From a virus, in the IMG/VR virus record IMGVR_UViG_3300027357_000001: DNA of 40,298 bases; one strand, given 5' to 3'. Positions within the stretch are counted from its first letter, which is position 1. Every line of letters begins with the position of its first letter. Below are positions 23,061 through 31,062 of the stretch, one piece after another. The notes below the pieces were generated by a model that saw nothing but the letters and a program-made list of their open reading frames with translations, was not told the DNA's origin and ran no database searches. The translations under genes and the position numbers were made by a program.

Positions 23061-24428
23061 TCATACACTTTGCCAAGAGCCGCCGCCAGAGCTGCGCCGG
23101 TCGCGGTACCGATCGCGCGGCGGCGGTACGCCGGCCGGCTGATCGTAATGGATGCACATCAGGCCGAAGCCGTCGGCGCCGTGCGAACTCCAATCGTGGT
23201 TCGGCCCGAGCCCGATGTTCCTATCATCGTTTGAGCGCTTTTCGTGATACCAACCAAGGGCATCGCGGCCGGCTTCCGTGGTCTCCGCGTTGAACCTGAT
23301 CCGCGGGAAAAGCCGCCGGGCAGTCTCAATGCGCGCCGAGGCCGCGCCGGCGCCCTGGTTCGGTATCACCAGCACATCAAAGCCAGCCTCCCGGATCGCG
23401 CTTTCATAAGACGTCGCGAAAACCTTGTCCCCATGCGCGCCGTCATGCGGCAGGATTACCCAGGCGTTGCCCCACCCGCGGGAACGCATCCAGTCAAGGT
23501 GCACCGATAGCGGCTGGCCCTGGGCCTCGTAATAGTCCAGGACGTTGATTGCCTGCCCGACGAACTGAGCAATCCAGATCGAGACGGCATCGGCGCGCGC
23601 GCCGGTACCGCCGATGTCGAAATACGCGCGCGTCTGCATGAGCGGATCGCGCGGGACGAACGTAATTCGACCCTGCTCCTTCGCCTCGAGCAGCCCCTTG
23701 GCGTAATAGGCGCCCTCGACAACGGTTCGAAAGCCGCCGTTCCAGACCCAATCGTATTGGTCAGGCCGGTTCTTCTGGTCATCGAGCCGCGTCTTATTGA
23801 GGATCGCGGGAAAGAACGGATTGTCCCGCCAGTTCAGCTCAATGATTTTCGAGCCTTCCGGCGGGCTCTCCCGAAACCGCTTGTGGGTCGCGCTCTTCTT
23901 GCGATCGGGGTTCCAGGTGACCCAGATCTCCGCGCCCTCTTCGCGAACGGTAGGGATCGTGATCACCCACGCATCTTCGCTGACAGGTTCGGCCTCATCG
24001 ACCCACAGCAGCAATATCCGCGCTTTTGACTTGATGCTTTCCAGATTGTGCCGCAATCCGACGAAAACGAAGCTGATCCGCCTACATTTGGTCCGAATGT
24101 ATGTGTCGCCGACGTCGAAGAAGTCGGCAAGCCACGGCTCAGATGCAATCGCCGCCTTCACCTCCGCGAACGAGCTGTCAGCGAGCGAATTCATGAACTC
24201 GCGGCCGCAGACAATCACACCCTCGCGCCCTTCCGTTGCCCACATCATCGCGCGTACAGCCGCCATCTTGGCGAACGAGCGCGTCTTGGCCGAGCCGCGA
24301 CCACCATAGGCGCCGCGGTACATCGCCTCGCCGGTGAATACCGGGACGAGCTTGGGAGGAAGGAGGATTTGGGTTGACGTCACGGAGAAGAAATTACGAA
24401 ACGTTGCATGTAACGTTTCAATCCACAC
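23061..24428 (-). CDS. terL: Terminase large subunit (PBSX/Terminase_3-type)
   Basis: 455 aa. Walker A YGGRGSAKT; Walker B-like ILLLWVDEAE. The C-terminal nuclease region includes FDIGGTG...D and HDWSSHGADGF. GTG start. Confidence 0.9.
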   Translation of the reverse strand: MWIETLHATFRNFFSVTSTQILLPPKLVPVFTGEAMYRGAYGGRGSAKTRSFAKMAAVRAMMWATEGREGVIVCGREFMNSLADSSFAEVKAAIASEPWLADFFDVGDTYIRTKCRRISFVFVGLRHNLESIKSKARILLLWVDEAEPVSEDAWVITIPTVREEGAEIWVTWNPDRKKSATHKRFRESPPEGSKIIELNWRDNPFFPAILNKTRLDDQKNRPDQYDWVWNGGFRTVVEGAYYAKGLLEAKEQGRITFVPRDPLMQTRAYFDIGGTGARADAVSIWIAQFVGQAINVLDYYEAQGQPLSVHLDWMRSRGWGNAWVILPHDGAHGDKVFATSYESAIREAGFDVLVIPNQGAGAASARIETARRLFPRIRFNAETTEAGRDALGWYHEKRSNDDRNIGLGPNHDWSSHGADGFGLMCIHYDQPAGVPPPRDRYRDRRSSGGGSWQSV

Positions 24429-24549
24429 ACATCAGCGCAGCGATGCCGAGCAGCACGCCGGCCCAACCGTGATCGGTGACGAACGAGAGCGCCGAGCCCG
24501 CAGCGAAAGCGATCGCGACGGCATTCGGGCTGATAGTGGCAAGTTTCAT
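24418..24549 (-). CDS. Small membrane protein, 43 aa
   Basis: ATG at 24549 lies 4 nt downstream of GGAGG. Translation is MKLATISPNAVAIAFAAGSALSFVTDHGWAGVLLGIAALMCVD, with two hydrophobic segments. It overlaps the terL start by 11 nt. Confidence 0.6.
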   Translation of the reverse strand: MKLATISPNAVAIAFAAGSALSFVTDHGWAGVLLGIAALMCVD

Positions 24550-24577
24550 GTAGCCTCCAGGTTTGCAGGGGTGAGGA

Positions 24578-25030
24578 TCAGGGGACGAGACAGGCCGCGC
24601 GAGCACCAGGCGCCGGCAGAGGCGATGGCCGCGGCGAAGCGACAGGCGAGCACGCCGGCGGCGGCTCGCGGCCCTCCATCATGGCGCGGAGCCTCGCCTT
24701 ATCAGCGCGGGTGAGAGACCAGCCGCCAGAGCCCCATTCTGTACGAACCTCGATCCCGACTTTCTGGAGAGCGGCGCGCACCTTGACCATTTGCACGTCG
24801 ATCAGCTTGATTTCGGGCTTGTCGCACTCAGGCCGAGCGCCGAACAGCACGGTAAACATCGCCTCGCGGCCGGCGACTGCCCGCTTGAGCATGAACCCGA
24901 CCATTTCGCACTGTTGAGGCGTGGCATCGAGAACCGTCAGCAGCCGCGACACGTCGTCATCGCCGACGCCTAGCAGCGCCTCCAACTCTTGAACGCGATC
25001 TTGCAGCCTAACGGTATCGTCCAATGCCAT
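24578..25030 (-). CDS. Winged-helix (OmpR/PhoB C-terminal-like) DNA-binding protein; candidate late-gene regulator
   Basis: 150 aa. The segment LIDVQMVKVRAALQKVGIEVRTEWGSGGWSL resembles the recognition-helix/wing pattern V.VHI..LR.KL...I.TV.G.GY.L. It lies just upstream of the packaging genes. Confidence 0.6.
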   Translation of the reverse strand: MALDDTVRLQDRVQELEALLGVGDDDVSRLLTVLDATPQQCEMVGFMLKRAVAGREAMFTVLFGARPECDKPEIKLIDVQMVKVRAALQKVGIEVRTEWGSGGWSLTRADKARLRAMMEGREPPPACSPVASPRPSPLPAPGARAACLVP

Positions 25031-25068
25031 CCCCTTTTGCTGTGTGAAATTGCTGGCTCACCCGCGGC

Positions 25069-25680
25069 TCATCGCATGCAATTCCCACACGCGAAGCCGA
25101 CATCGGCTGCCGCGATTGTTGGACCTTCAGCCGCAGCGTCGATCATGGCCCGCACGCCGGCGGCATCAGCGCCATATCGGCGAACCACGCCGATGAATTC
25201 CTCGACGTCATGACCGCGCATGCAGTAGGACGGCCCGGCGCTGGTGAATTTCGGCGCGCCGAAAGCATCCCGCTCCTGCGCGCAGTGCGACAGCTCATGC
25301 TCGACCAGGGCGCAAAACGTCGCGTCGTTCGCCTGGTCGGCATAGGGCGCATAGATCGTGATGACGAAATCCGGGATATCCCCGAACCATTCCGTCAATT
25401 GCTGTTCCTGCTTGCCCTTGGCCCATTTGTCCGAGCCGCCAGAGCCGCAGAGCTGGGCTTGGCCTACGATCGCGCGCCCATGCTTCCCATTCGGTACCGA
25501 CGTCCAAAGGAAGCCGATCCGAGCACCCTGCAAATGCGCATGCTCTGGGTTTTCGAGGGTCGCGCCCTCATCAATGAACGTCGCGAATGCCCAGCGCTCG
25601 AGATCCGGCGCAGCGATGAACGCCGGCCTCCCATCTGGGATCGTTTCGAGCAATTGCGCTGGAGGCCGCGGCCGCGTCAT
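25069..25680 (-). CDS. Putative phage metallopeptidase
   Basis: 203 aa with a zinc-binding motif HELSH inside ALVEHELSHC. The layout is typical of the phage metallopeptidase domain. Confidence 0.7.
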   Translation of the reverse strand: MTRPRPPAQLLETIPDGRPAFIAAPDLERWAFATFIDEGATLENPEHAHLQGARIGFLWTSVPNGKHGRAIVGQAQLCGSGGSDKWAKGKQEQQLTEWFGDIPDFVITIYAPYADQANDATFCALVEHELSHCAQERDAFGAPKFTSAGPSYCMRGHDVEEFIGVVRRYGADAAGVRAMIDAAAEGPTIAAADVGFACGNCMR

Positions 25681-25979
25681 TCGCTCACCATGCCGGCGGG
25701 AAACGGAGCCGCGACCAGTTCAATCTTGCTCACGGTCTCAAACGGCCCATCCTCGCCATTCTCGATCGCCTGCACCGGCTTTCCGTCGAGACGATCGGCA
25801 ATAAAGGACGCAGCGGCCAAATCGCCCGCCTCGGCCCGCTTGATGACCTTCCGGGCAATGGCACGAAGCGCCTTGCTGTCCTCGCCGGCAGCGGTCAATT
25901 CCATGCGGAGCGCATCGGAGAACGGTTTCTCCCGTTTCCGCCCTCCAGGATTGCCAGATTTGCCCTTTTCGAAAGCCAT
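25677..25979 (-). CDS. DUF5681-like protein, possible terminase small subunit
   Basis: The N-terminus MAFEKGKSGNPGGRKREK matches the G-x-SGNPxGRP motif of this family. ATG at 25979 (the track uses TTG at 25988). Confidence 0.55.
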   Translation of the reverse strand: MAFEKGKSGNPGGRKREKPFSDALRMELTAAGEDSKALRAIARKVIKRAEAGDLAAASFIADRLDGKPVQAIENGEDGPFETVSKIELVAAPFPAGMVSE

Positions 25980-26025
25980 TGTTCTCAACCGTTAAGTTTT
26001 TGGAGAGGCGTCTCGATTTGAGACG

Positions 26026-26463
26026 CTATGCAGCACCGTTGGTGAATTGTCCGATCTCCCTCATGAGGGCGTCAGCCTCCCCGTCGACCGTTGTTGCGAG
26101 CTGGTCATGAGCGTCGGCGGCTTGCTCCATTTTGGTCAGAGCCGCGTCCATCTTCGCGCTTCCAGTTTCGACCTTCTGGCGGATCGCGCGGAGACGGGTG
26201 GAGAGTGAACCGCCAGCATAGCCGGCACCGGTGACGCTCATGGTTTCCTCTTTGGGTTGGGTGGTGACGAGTGCGACGGATGGAAGCCGCAGCGCGTTGC
26301 GAACTGCATCCTCAATGTCCTGGTCCGACGCGAGCGGCGCGACAGCAGCGATCATGCTGCCATTGGCCCAGGTGAGACATTGTCGGCCGGCCGAAAGCGT
26401 AAGAGCGAGAGTTTCGATACCAGGCACGTCAGCCATGCGGGCTTTGAGATCAGCGATCGACAT
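26026..26463 (-). CDS. Hypothetical protein (145 aa), first gene after a 71-nt intergenic region
   Basis: Clean ORF. No motif recognised. Confidence 0.6.
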   Translation of the reverse strand: MSIADLKARMADVPGIETLALTLSAGRQCLTWANGSMIAAVAPLASDQDIEDAVRNALRLPSVALVTTQPKEETMSVTGAGYAGGSLSTRLRAIRQKVETGSAKMDAALTKMEQAADAHDQLATTVDGEADALMREIGQFTNGAA

Positions 26464-26534
26464 TCCCTAGAAATCTCCCGGCTGCGTTAATGCGCCTAGC
26501 AAAAAGCAAATCGTTTTGCGAAATCGTTGGATAA

Positions 26535-27395
26535 CTAAGCCGCGGCGACGGTCACGCGCCGCCCGGCAATGTCCAATCCATGCTTCGCAAGCAGCTCAGC
26601 CGAGGCGCGACAGCCCGTCATGCCCGGCGCAGGCCCAGCCCACCGCGACCAGAAGCCGTTTTTCGCGTACATCCGAACCGCGCCCTCTAGCTGGGCTTCG
26701 ATACCGTCACCCGGCGCCGGTTCGGCGGCAGCGACCTCCGCATGATCCGACCACCGCTGTTGATTGAGCCACGTCGACGCCATGGGAATGAACCGGCTTC
26801 CGATGTTGCCGCGCGCCGCCTCATCGCTCGCGAGTTTCTTCGCCGCGTCGATCATGACTTGCGGATCGGTACCGGCCTTCACCAGCGCGTCAAACTTGGT
26901 TTCAGCAGGCTTGCGCGGATTGCCACCCTCCCGGCGAGGGTAAACCTGCCAGAATTCCTCAAACCTCGAGGGCTCGCGCGGCGGCCGGGCTTTGACCGGC
27001 CGAGAGTGTTTTTCTGTATCTGTATCTGTTTCTGTCTCTGGGGCCGTTTCCGAAACGTCAGATGAAACGTTTCGTTGCCGCTCCCTGAAACGCTGCACTC
27101 GCGACGTTGAGGTATCCGACTTGTACTGCCGCTTGTCCCAATTGTGCGGCTTGAACGTTCCATCCTCGAGCTTGTCGAACAGTTCGCGCGCCACCAGCTC
27201 TACCAGGAGCGCGGCGATCCGCTGCGGTTTCATCCGCAGATGGATTTCAAGATCGGCCATAGGCGGAAGCACGCCGCCATTGTTCGATGCTACACATAGC
27301 AGGAGCACCCAGCCGCGGAACGTCGCGTCAGACAGCCGCAGCGTCTTGGGATCGTTGATCACGTCCCCATACATCCGAAACCAAGGATTGCTCAC
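26535..27395 (-). CDS. Replication initiator / replisome-organiser-like protein
   Basis: GTG at 27395 (GGAAGGG upstream; GTGA overlap with the upstream stop). The N-terminus SNPWFRMYGDVINDPKTLRLSDATFRGWVLLLCVAS is typical of phage replisome-organiser/DnaD-like N-domains. An acidic linker (ETAPETETDTDTEK) follows, then a C-terminal domain. Confidence 0.65.
   Translation of the reverse strand: MSNPWFRMYGDVINDPKTLRLSDATFRGWVLLLCVASNNGGVLPPMADLEIHLRMKPQRIAALLVELVARELFDKLEDGTFKPHNWDKRQYKSDTSTSRVQRFRERQRNVSSDVSETAPETETDTDTEKHSRPVKARPPREPSRFEEFWQVYPRREGGNPRKPAETKFDALVKAGTDPQVMIDAAKKLASDEAARGNIGSRFIPMASTWLNQQRWSDHAEVAAAEPAPGDGIEAQLEGAVRMYAKNGFWSRWAGPAPGMTGCRASAELLAKHGLDIAGRRVTVAAA
27013..27092. promoter_or_regulatory. 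Candidate replication origin (iteron cluster) inside the replication gene linker
   Basis: A TCTGTATCTGTATCTGTTTCTGTCTCTG tract (27013-27040) is followed by CGTTTC-C-GAAACG (27045-27057), GAAACGTTTC (27064-27073) and TGAAACG (27086-27092). Confidence 0.35.
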
Positions 27396-27589
27396 CCGGC
27401 CCACCCTTCCCTTGTCATGTTGAACAGCGTGCAGCCGAGGCTTTCCCCAACCTTTACCGGCACACATGCAATTCGGTTTCGAGCCGCCATCTGGTCGGCA
27501 AGCTCGCGCGTGGCCCAAACCGTGCCGCACGCGCCCATAAGCGGCCGATAGACGTTGACCCAGACGGTTGCATGCGCGTCAGCGGCCAT
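27392..27589 (-). CDS. Hypothetical small protein (65 aa)
   Basis: Its stop overlaps the GTG of the replication gene (GTGA). Confidence 0.5.
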   Translation of the reverse strand: MAADAHATVWVNVYRPLMGACGTVWATRELADQMAARNRIACVPVKVGESLGCTLFNMTREGWAG

Positions 27590-27773
27590 TCGCGCCCCCG
27601 TTCAGCCGATTGCGGAATTTGTGCCCGCGCTTCGCGCCCGCTTGCCTAATCCACCGGCCAATAGTCTGCCGAGGCCGCTTAAATTGCTCTTCAAGGTGTT
27701 TCAGCAGCGTACCACCGGCGTAGAGCCCGACGCATTCGGCGCGCTGCACGTCCGTCGAGTGTCGCGCACCCAT
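27579..27773 (-). CDS. Small helix-turn-helix DNA-binding protein
   Basis: ATG at 27773 shares one base with the DpdA-like stop (TGATG); alternative ATG at 27785. HTH-like segment: LEEQFKRPRQTIGRWIRQAG. Confidence 0.55.
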   Translation of the reverse strand: MGARHSTDVQRAECVGLYAGGTLLKHLEEQFKRPRQTIGRWIRQAGAKRGHKFRNRLNGGANGR

Positions 27774-28522
27774 CAGAACCCCCATGCTAGCTGGACAGGC
27801 CGTTGAACGGCCCGGAGAGACTGTGAAGCAATCGCCGCGGCGAACCGCGCTGCCTCGCGCCAGTCGTTCGCGTCGCGCCCTTGCTTGCGAGCTGCGAACG
27901 ACCAGGCCATGCTATCGGCGCTGTGAAGGAGCGCGATGACTTCAGGAGAACTTAAGGCGGTGGTTTTCAGCCCGAAGCCATGCAGCAGAAGATCCGGGCG
28001 AGCCGCCTTGATCGTGGCGAGTATCCGAGCGATGACGCCGACGTCAGTGTTGCGCTTGCAGACCGAGCCAACACCCACATAGGCGCCAGGTCCAAGCCTC
28101 GATCCGTACATTTCCAGGTGCCGCAGATAGTCCGCGACTGTGTACCCCTGCAAAACGGGCATGATGTACACCCGGCCCCCGACCGCCTTAACCAAGGCGT
28201 CATACCGCTCGATTGTCCGTCCTTGATGTTCCTCGACGGAGAGCCCCGTTTTCGCCAGGATGAACGGTTCGCACATGTAATCTTGCGCGACCGCGGCAAC
28301 CAACGCCGGATCATCAGCCCATCGCAGGATCAGCGCAGCGTATTCCTCGACGCTGTGGCGATACTCACCATGCTGCGAAATCTCTGTGAATGCGCCGCTA
28401 TCCATGATCCAGGCGCCGGCGCCGATCGCCTTCTTTCGCTTACGAACCCGGTTGACGCTGATAAACGCCCGCTCAAAGCGGTGCGCATCACTCGGCTGAT
28501 GCAGTCCCACGTAAAACATCAC
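27773..28522 (-). CDS. dpdA: DpdA-like DNA-guanine transglycosylase (TGT superfamily; 7-deazaguanine DNA modification)
   Basis: 249 aa. Ordered motifs: FYVGLHQP, MDSGAF, QDYMCEP, EEHQGRTIERY, PVLQGY, VGVGSVCKR, LHGFGLK, SADSMAWS. These match the conserved blocks I recall for phage/bacterial DpdA. No TGT-type zinc cysteine cluster is present. Confidence 0.65.
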   Translation of the reverse strand: MMFYVGLHQPSDAHRFERAFISVNRVRKRKKAIGAGAWIMDSGAFTEISQHGEYRHSVEEYAALILRWADDPALVAAVAQDYMCEPFILAKTGLSVEEHQGRTIERYDALVKAVGGRVYIMPVLQGYTVADYLRHLEMYGSRLGPGAYVGVGSVCKRNTDVGVIARILATIKAARPDLLLHGFGLKTTALSSPEVIALLHSADSMAWSFAARKQGRDANDWREAARFAAAIASQSLRAVQRPVQLAWGF

Positions 28523-28707
28523 CGCGTGCCTGCAATCCTCTTGTCGCGGATCGCCGCGAGACGGTTTGCAACAATGCTTTCCGGAAGCGCCAGGTGCTTT
28601 GCAATCGTCACCGTGTCGTGCTTCTCACGCCACAGCGCGGCAATCGCCAGATCGTGCACCTTGCGCGCGCCGACCTCGACCGGCGCCAATTCACCGAACA
28701 CGCTCAT
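28519..28707 (-). CDS. Hypothetical small protein (62 aa) between methyltransferase and DpdA-like genes
   Basis: ATGA overlaps at both ends (28704-28707 and 28519-28522). Possible HTH: TVTIAKHLALPESIVANRL. Confidence 0.55.
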   Translation of the reverse strand: MSVFGELAPVEVGARKVHDLAIAALWREKHDTVTIAKHLALPESIVANRLAAIRDKRIAGTR

Positions 28708-29885
28708 TCTGCCGCCTCCAGTTGAGGGATTGAAATTTGGGAAACCATCTCGATCCGGCGGCCGAGCCAGCGCATTGCGTTCACCGCCATGGAGTTGCCC
28801 AGGGCCTTGTAGCGAGGCCCGTCAGCAGCCATCCGCCCGCGATATGGGATCAGCGTGTAGTCGTCGGGGAAGGCTTGGAGCCGTTCGCATTCTCGAGGAA
28901 TGAGACGACGGACGCGCCACGAAGCGACAAAGCTGCGCGAAGAACCACCCGACGCGGCTCTGATATTCGCTGTGTGGTGCGGACCTTCGAACTGCGCACC
29001 GCCATCGCGGCCGCGCATGTCGAAAGCGACATGCTCAATGATTGGATTAATCAAGCCGACTTGGTTGCCAGCCACCGCGCCTTTCGAACGCTCCCAATAG
29101 GCGGTTAGCGTGTCGGCAACGGGTTGCGCACGCGCGACCGCGATCACGGTCTCGTAATCTTGCCGGCCCATGCCGCCAGCATTGAGGCAGTGCGCGACAT
29201 CGCCTGTGGATGGGATCAGTCCGCCGTCGCAATCGACGTCTGTCCCGAGCCCGCCCCCGCCAGAAGGGCGCGCGCTAATTGAGCCGGCAACTCCTTCCCC
29301 CGCTTCTCGGCGCGGCGCAGAATTCCACGACAGGCTTTCGGGCTCAAAAAGTACCGCTGCGGCACGTCGCCAGTCTCCAAGACATCCGACAACGAACACA
29401 CGCCGTCGTCGCTGAGGGACAGCCCGTCCAAACCCGTCCACTCGCACGAACTGAGCGTCAATGATGCGGTAGGCCCACCCATACCCGAGTTCTGCCAGCG
29501 CCCCGAGGAAGGCGCCAAAATCCCGTCCTTTGTTGGATGACAGGACACCGGGCACGTTTTCCCAAACGAGCCATTCGGGACGGTATCGATCAGCGATGCC
29601 AAGGTATGTAAGAGCGAGGTTCCCGCGTGGGTCAGCCAGGCCTTTGCGCAGTCCTGCGACCGAAAAGCTTTGGCATGGTGTCCCGCCAACGAGAACATTG
29701 ATAGCTGCAAGAGGCCACTCCCGATATTTCGTCATGTCGCCGAGGTTCGGCACGTCCGGATAGTGATGCGCCAGCACGGCGCTTGGAAACTTGTCGATCT
29801 CAGCGAATGCGAACGGCCTCCAGCCGAGCGGATGCCACGCGACCGTGGCGGCTTCGATGCCAGAGCACACGGACAGATAATTCAT
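28704..29885 (-). CDS. dcm: DNA (cytosine-5)-methyltransferase
   Basis: ATG at 29885 within track ORF 28704-29969. Motif I LSVCSGIEA; motif IV GGTPCQSFS; motif VI ENVPG; motif VIII QRRRRVFVVG; motif X ALGNSMAV. Confidence 0.9.
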   Translation of the reverse strand: MNYLSVCSGIEAATVAWHPLGWRPFAFAEIDKFPSAVLAHHYPDVPNLGDMTKYREWPLAAINVLVGGTPCQSFSVAGLRKGLADPRGNLALTYLGIADRYRPEWLVWENVPGVLSSNKGRDFGAFLGALAELGYGWAYRIIDAQFVRVDGFGRAVPQRRRRVFVVGCLGDWRRAAAVLFEPESLSWNSAPRREAGEGVAGSISARPSGGGGLGTDVDCDGGLIPSTGDVAHCLNAGGMGRQDYETVIAVARAQPVADTLTAYWERSKGAVAGNQVGLINPIIEHVAFDMRGRDGGAQFEGPHHTANIRAASGGSSRSFVASWRVRRLIPRECERLQAFPDDYTLIPYRGRMAADGPRYKALGNSMAVNAMRWLGRRIEMVSQISIPQLEAAE

Positions 29886-30151
29886 TCGTCCACGCGCTCC
29901 CGCAGCTCGAAAAAGCCCTTGGCTTCCGGATGGATTTGGAGAAACCACCGCGACAGCGGCGCCGTCCAATGGTCGTTGCAGCGAAAAGCGCGATTGCCGC
30001 GCTCGATCCGTTCGTGCCAGCGGATCCGATGCAGGATCGCGTCGGCCGAATATCGCTTGTAACCGAGCGCGTGGACCTCGAGCGCCAGGCGCTCGAACTG
30101 CTGGCAGACGTCGAGCGGCACCCCTGCTGGATATGCCGGCACCGGCGGCAC
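29882..30151 (-). CDS. Conserved hypothetical protein (89 aa)
   Basis: GTG start. Its stop overlaps the dcm ATG (ATGA). The segment YSADAILHRIRWHERIERGNRAFRCNDHWTAPLSRWF looks like a family I have seen next to phage/plasmid methyltransferases. Function unknown. Confidence 0.55.
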   Translation of the reverse strand: MPPVPAYPAGVPLDVCQQFERLALEVHALGYKRYSADAILHRIRWHERIERGNRAFRCNDHWTAPLSRWFLQIHPEAKGFFELRERVDE

Positions 30152-30180
30152 GCGATCGAATAGCGGCAGACCGTCCAGGA

Positions 30181-30723
30181 TCAGCCCTCCAGCTCGTCGC
30201 GAAGGGACTTCACCATGTCGACGGTTTCACGCTTGATGCCCTCCGGATGCTCCGGATCGAGGCCACATTCCCGTTTGATCTTGTTCACGGCGTGCAAGAC
30301 CGTGGTGTGATCCTTGCCGCCGAAATGGCGGCCGAGCACCGGCAGGCTATGCGTGGTGAACTCTTTGGCGAGGTACATCGCGATTTGCCGGATATGCACC
30401 AGCGCCGCGGTGCGGCGATCGGAAAGAAATTCCGCGATGGTCCAGCCCATGCGATCGCAGACAGCAATCTGAATATCCCGAACCGTGATCGGCTTAACGA
30501 GAGTGGAGCTGTTGATCGAGAACCATGGCTCTTTCATCGACGGCGGCGCGATCGTTGGAACGGCAGGCTTCTCGGCCGGCGCAGGCTTAACCAACATCAC
30601 CGACGGAGCCGATCTGCGCTGTTGCAGCTCTGCGGCTCGCGCCTCGATCGAGGCATGGAAGGCGGCGCGTCGCGCGCGTGCCTTCAATTCCGTTTCTGTT
30701 GGCCGATACGCGGGGGCGATCAT
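30181..30723 (-). CDS. DnaA domain-IV-like DNA-binding protein
   Basis: 180 aa. The C-terminus ITVRDIQIAVCDRMGWTIAEFLSDRRTAALVHIRQIAMYLAKEFTTHSLPVLGRHFGGKDHTTVLHAVNKIK matches the DnaA C-terminal (DnaA-box-binding) domain signature. No AAA+ domain. Confidence 0.8.
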   Translation of the reverse strand: MIAPAYRPTETELKARARRAAFHASIEARAAELQQRRSAPSVMLVKPAPAEKPAVPTIAPPSMKEPWFSINSSTLVKPITVRDIQIAVCDRMGWTIAEFLSDRRTAALVHIRQIAMYLAKEFTTHSLPVLGRHFGGKDHTTVLHAVNKIKRECGLDPEHPEGIKRETVDMVKSLRDELEG

Positions 30724-31062
30724 TTACCCCCCATTCTTGCGAACCAGAGCCGAAGCCTCATCCAGTAGATCCGATGCAGCGCCGCACGCCGCTTCGGTGA
30801 GTGCAATTTCATGCCTAAGTTTCCTCAATTGACGTTGGCATTCGGCTTCATAGGCCGCCTTCAAACGCATGTACGCGGTGACGCCGATGTCCTTGAGCGA
30901 TGCCCGGCGATATCGAAGCCGCCACATCACCCCGTAGTCGACGCCGTAATCACGTTCGATTGAACGCATCGCGTTTTCGGTGTCTCCTGCACCCCGAGAA
31001 CGCATTTTCGTAAGGTCCTTCGACCACTTAACCGCTTCATCCAGGTACGCAGACCGCGGCAT
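30724..31062 (-). CDS. Hypothetical protein (112 aa)
   Basis: ATG at 31062 lies 9 nt downstream of GGAGG. Its stop abuts the next ATG. Confidence 0.6.
   Translation of the reverse strand: MPRSAYLDEAVKWSKDLTKMRSRGAGDTENAMRSIERDYGVDYGVMWRLRYRRASLKDIGVTAYMRLKAAYEAECQRQLRKLRHEIALTEAACGAASDLLDEASALVRKNGG

Noticed and set aside
22897-23293. Plus-strand ORFs 22897-23142, 23021-23293 and 23043-23234 at the terL 3' end.
   Set aside because: These are Arg-rich shadow frames opposite terL and the 55-aa ORF.
24419-24427. DnaA-box-like CAATCCACA next to the terL palindrome.
   Set aside because: It matches only 7 of 9 positions of TTATCCACA and is a single copy inside coding sequence, so it is not distinguishable from chance.
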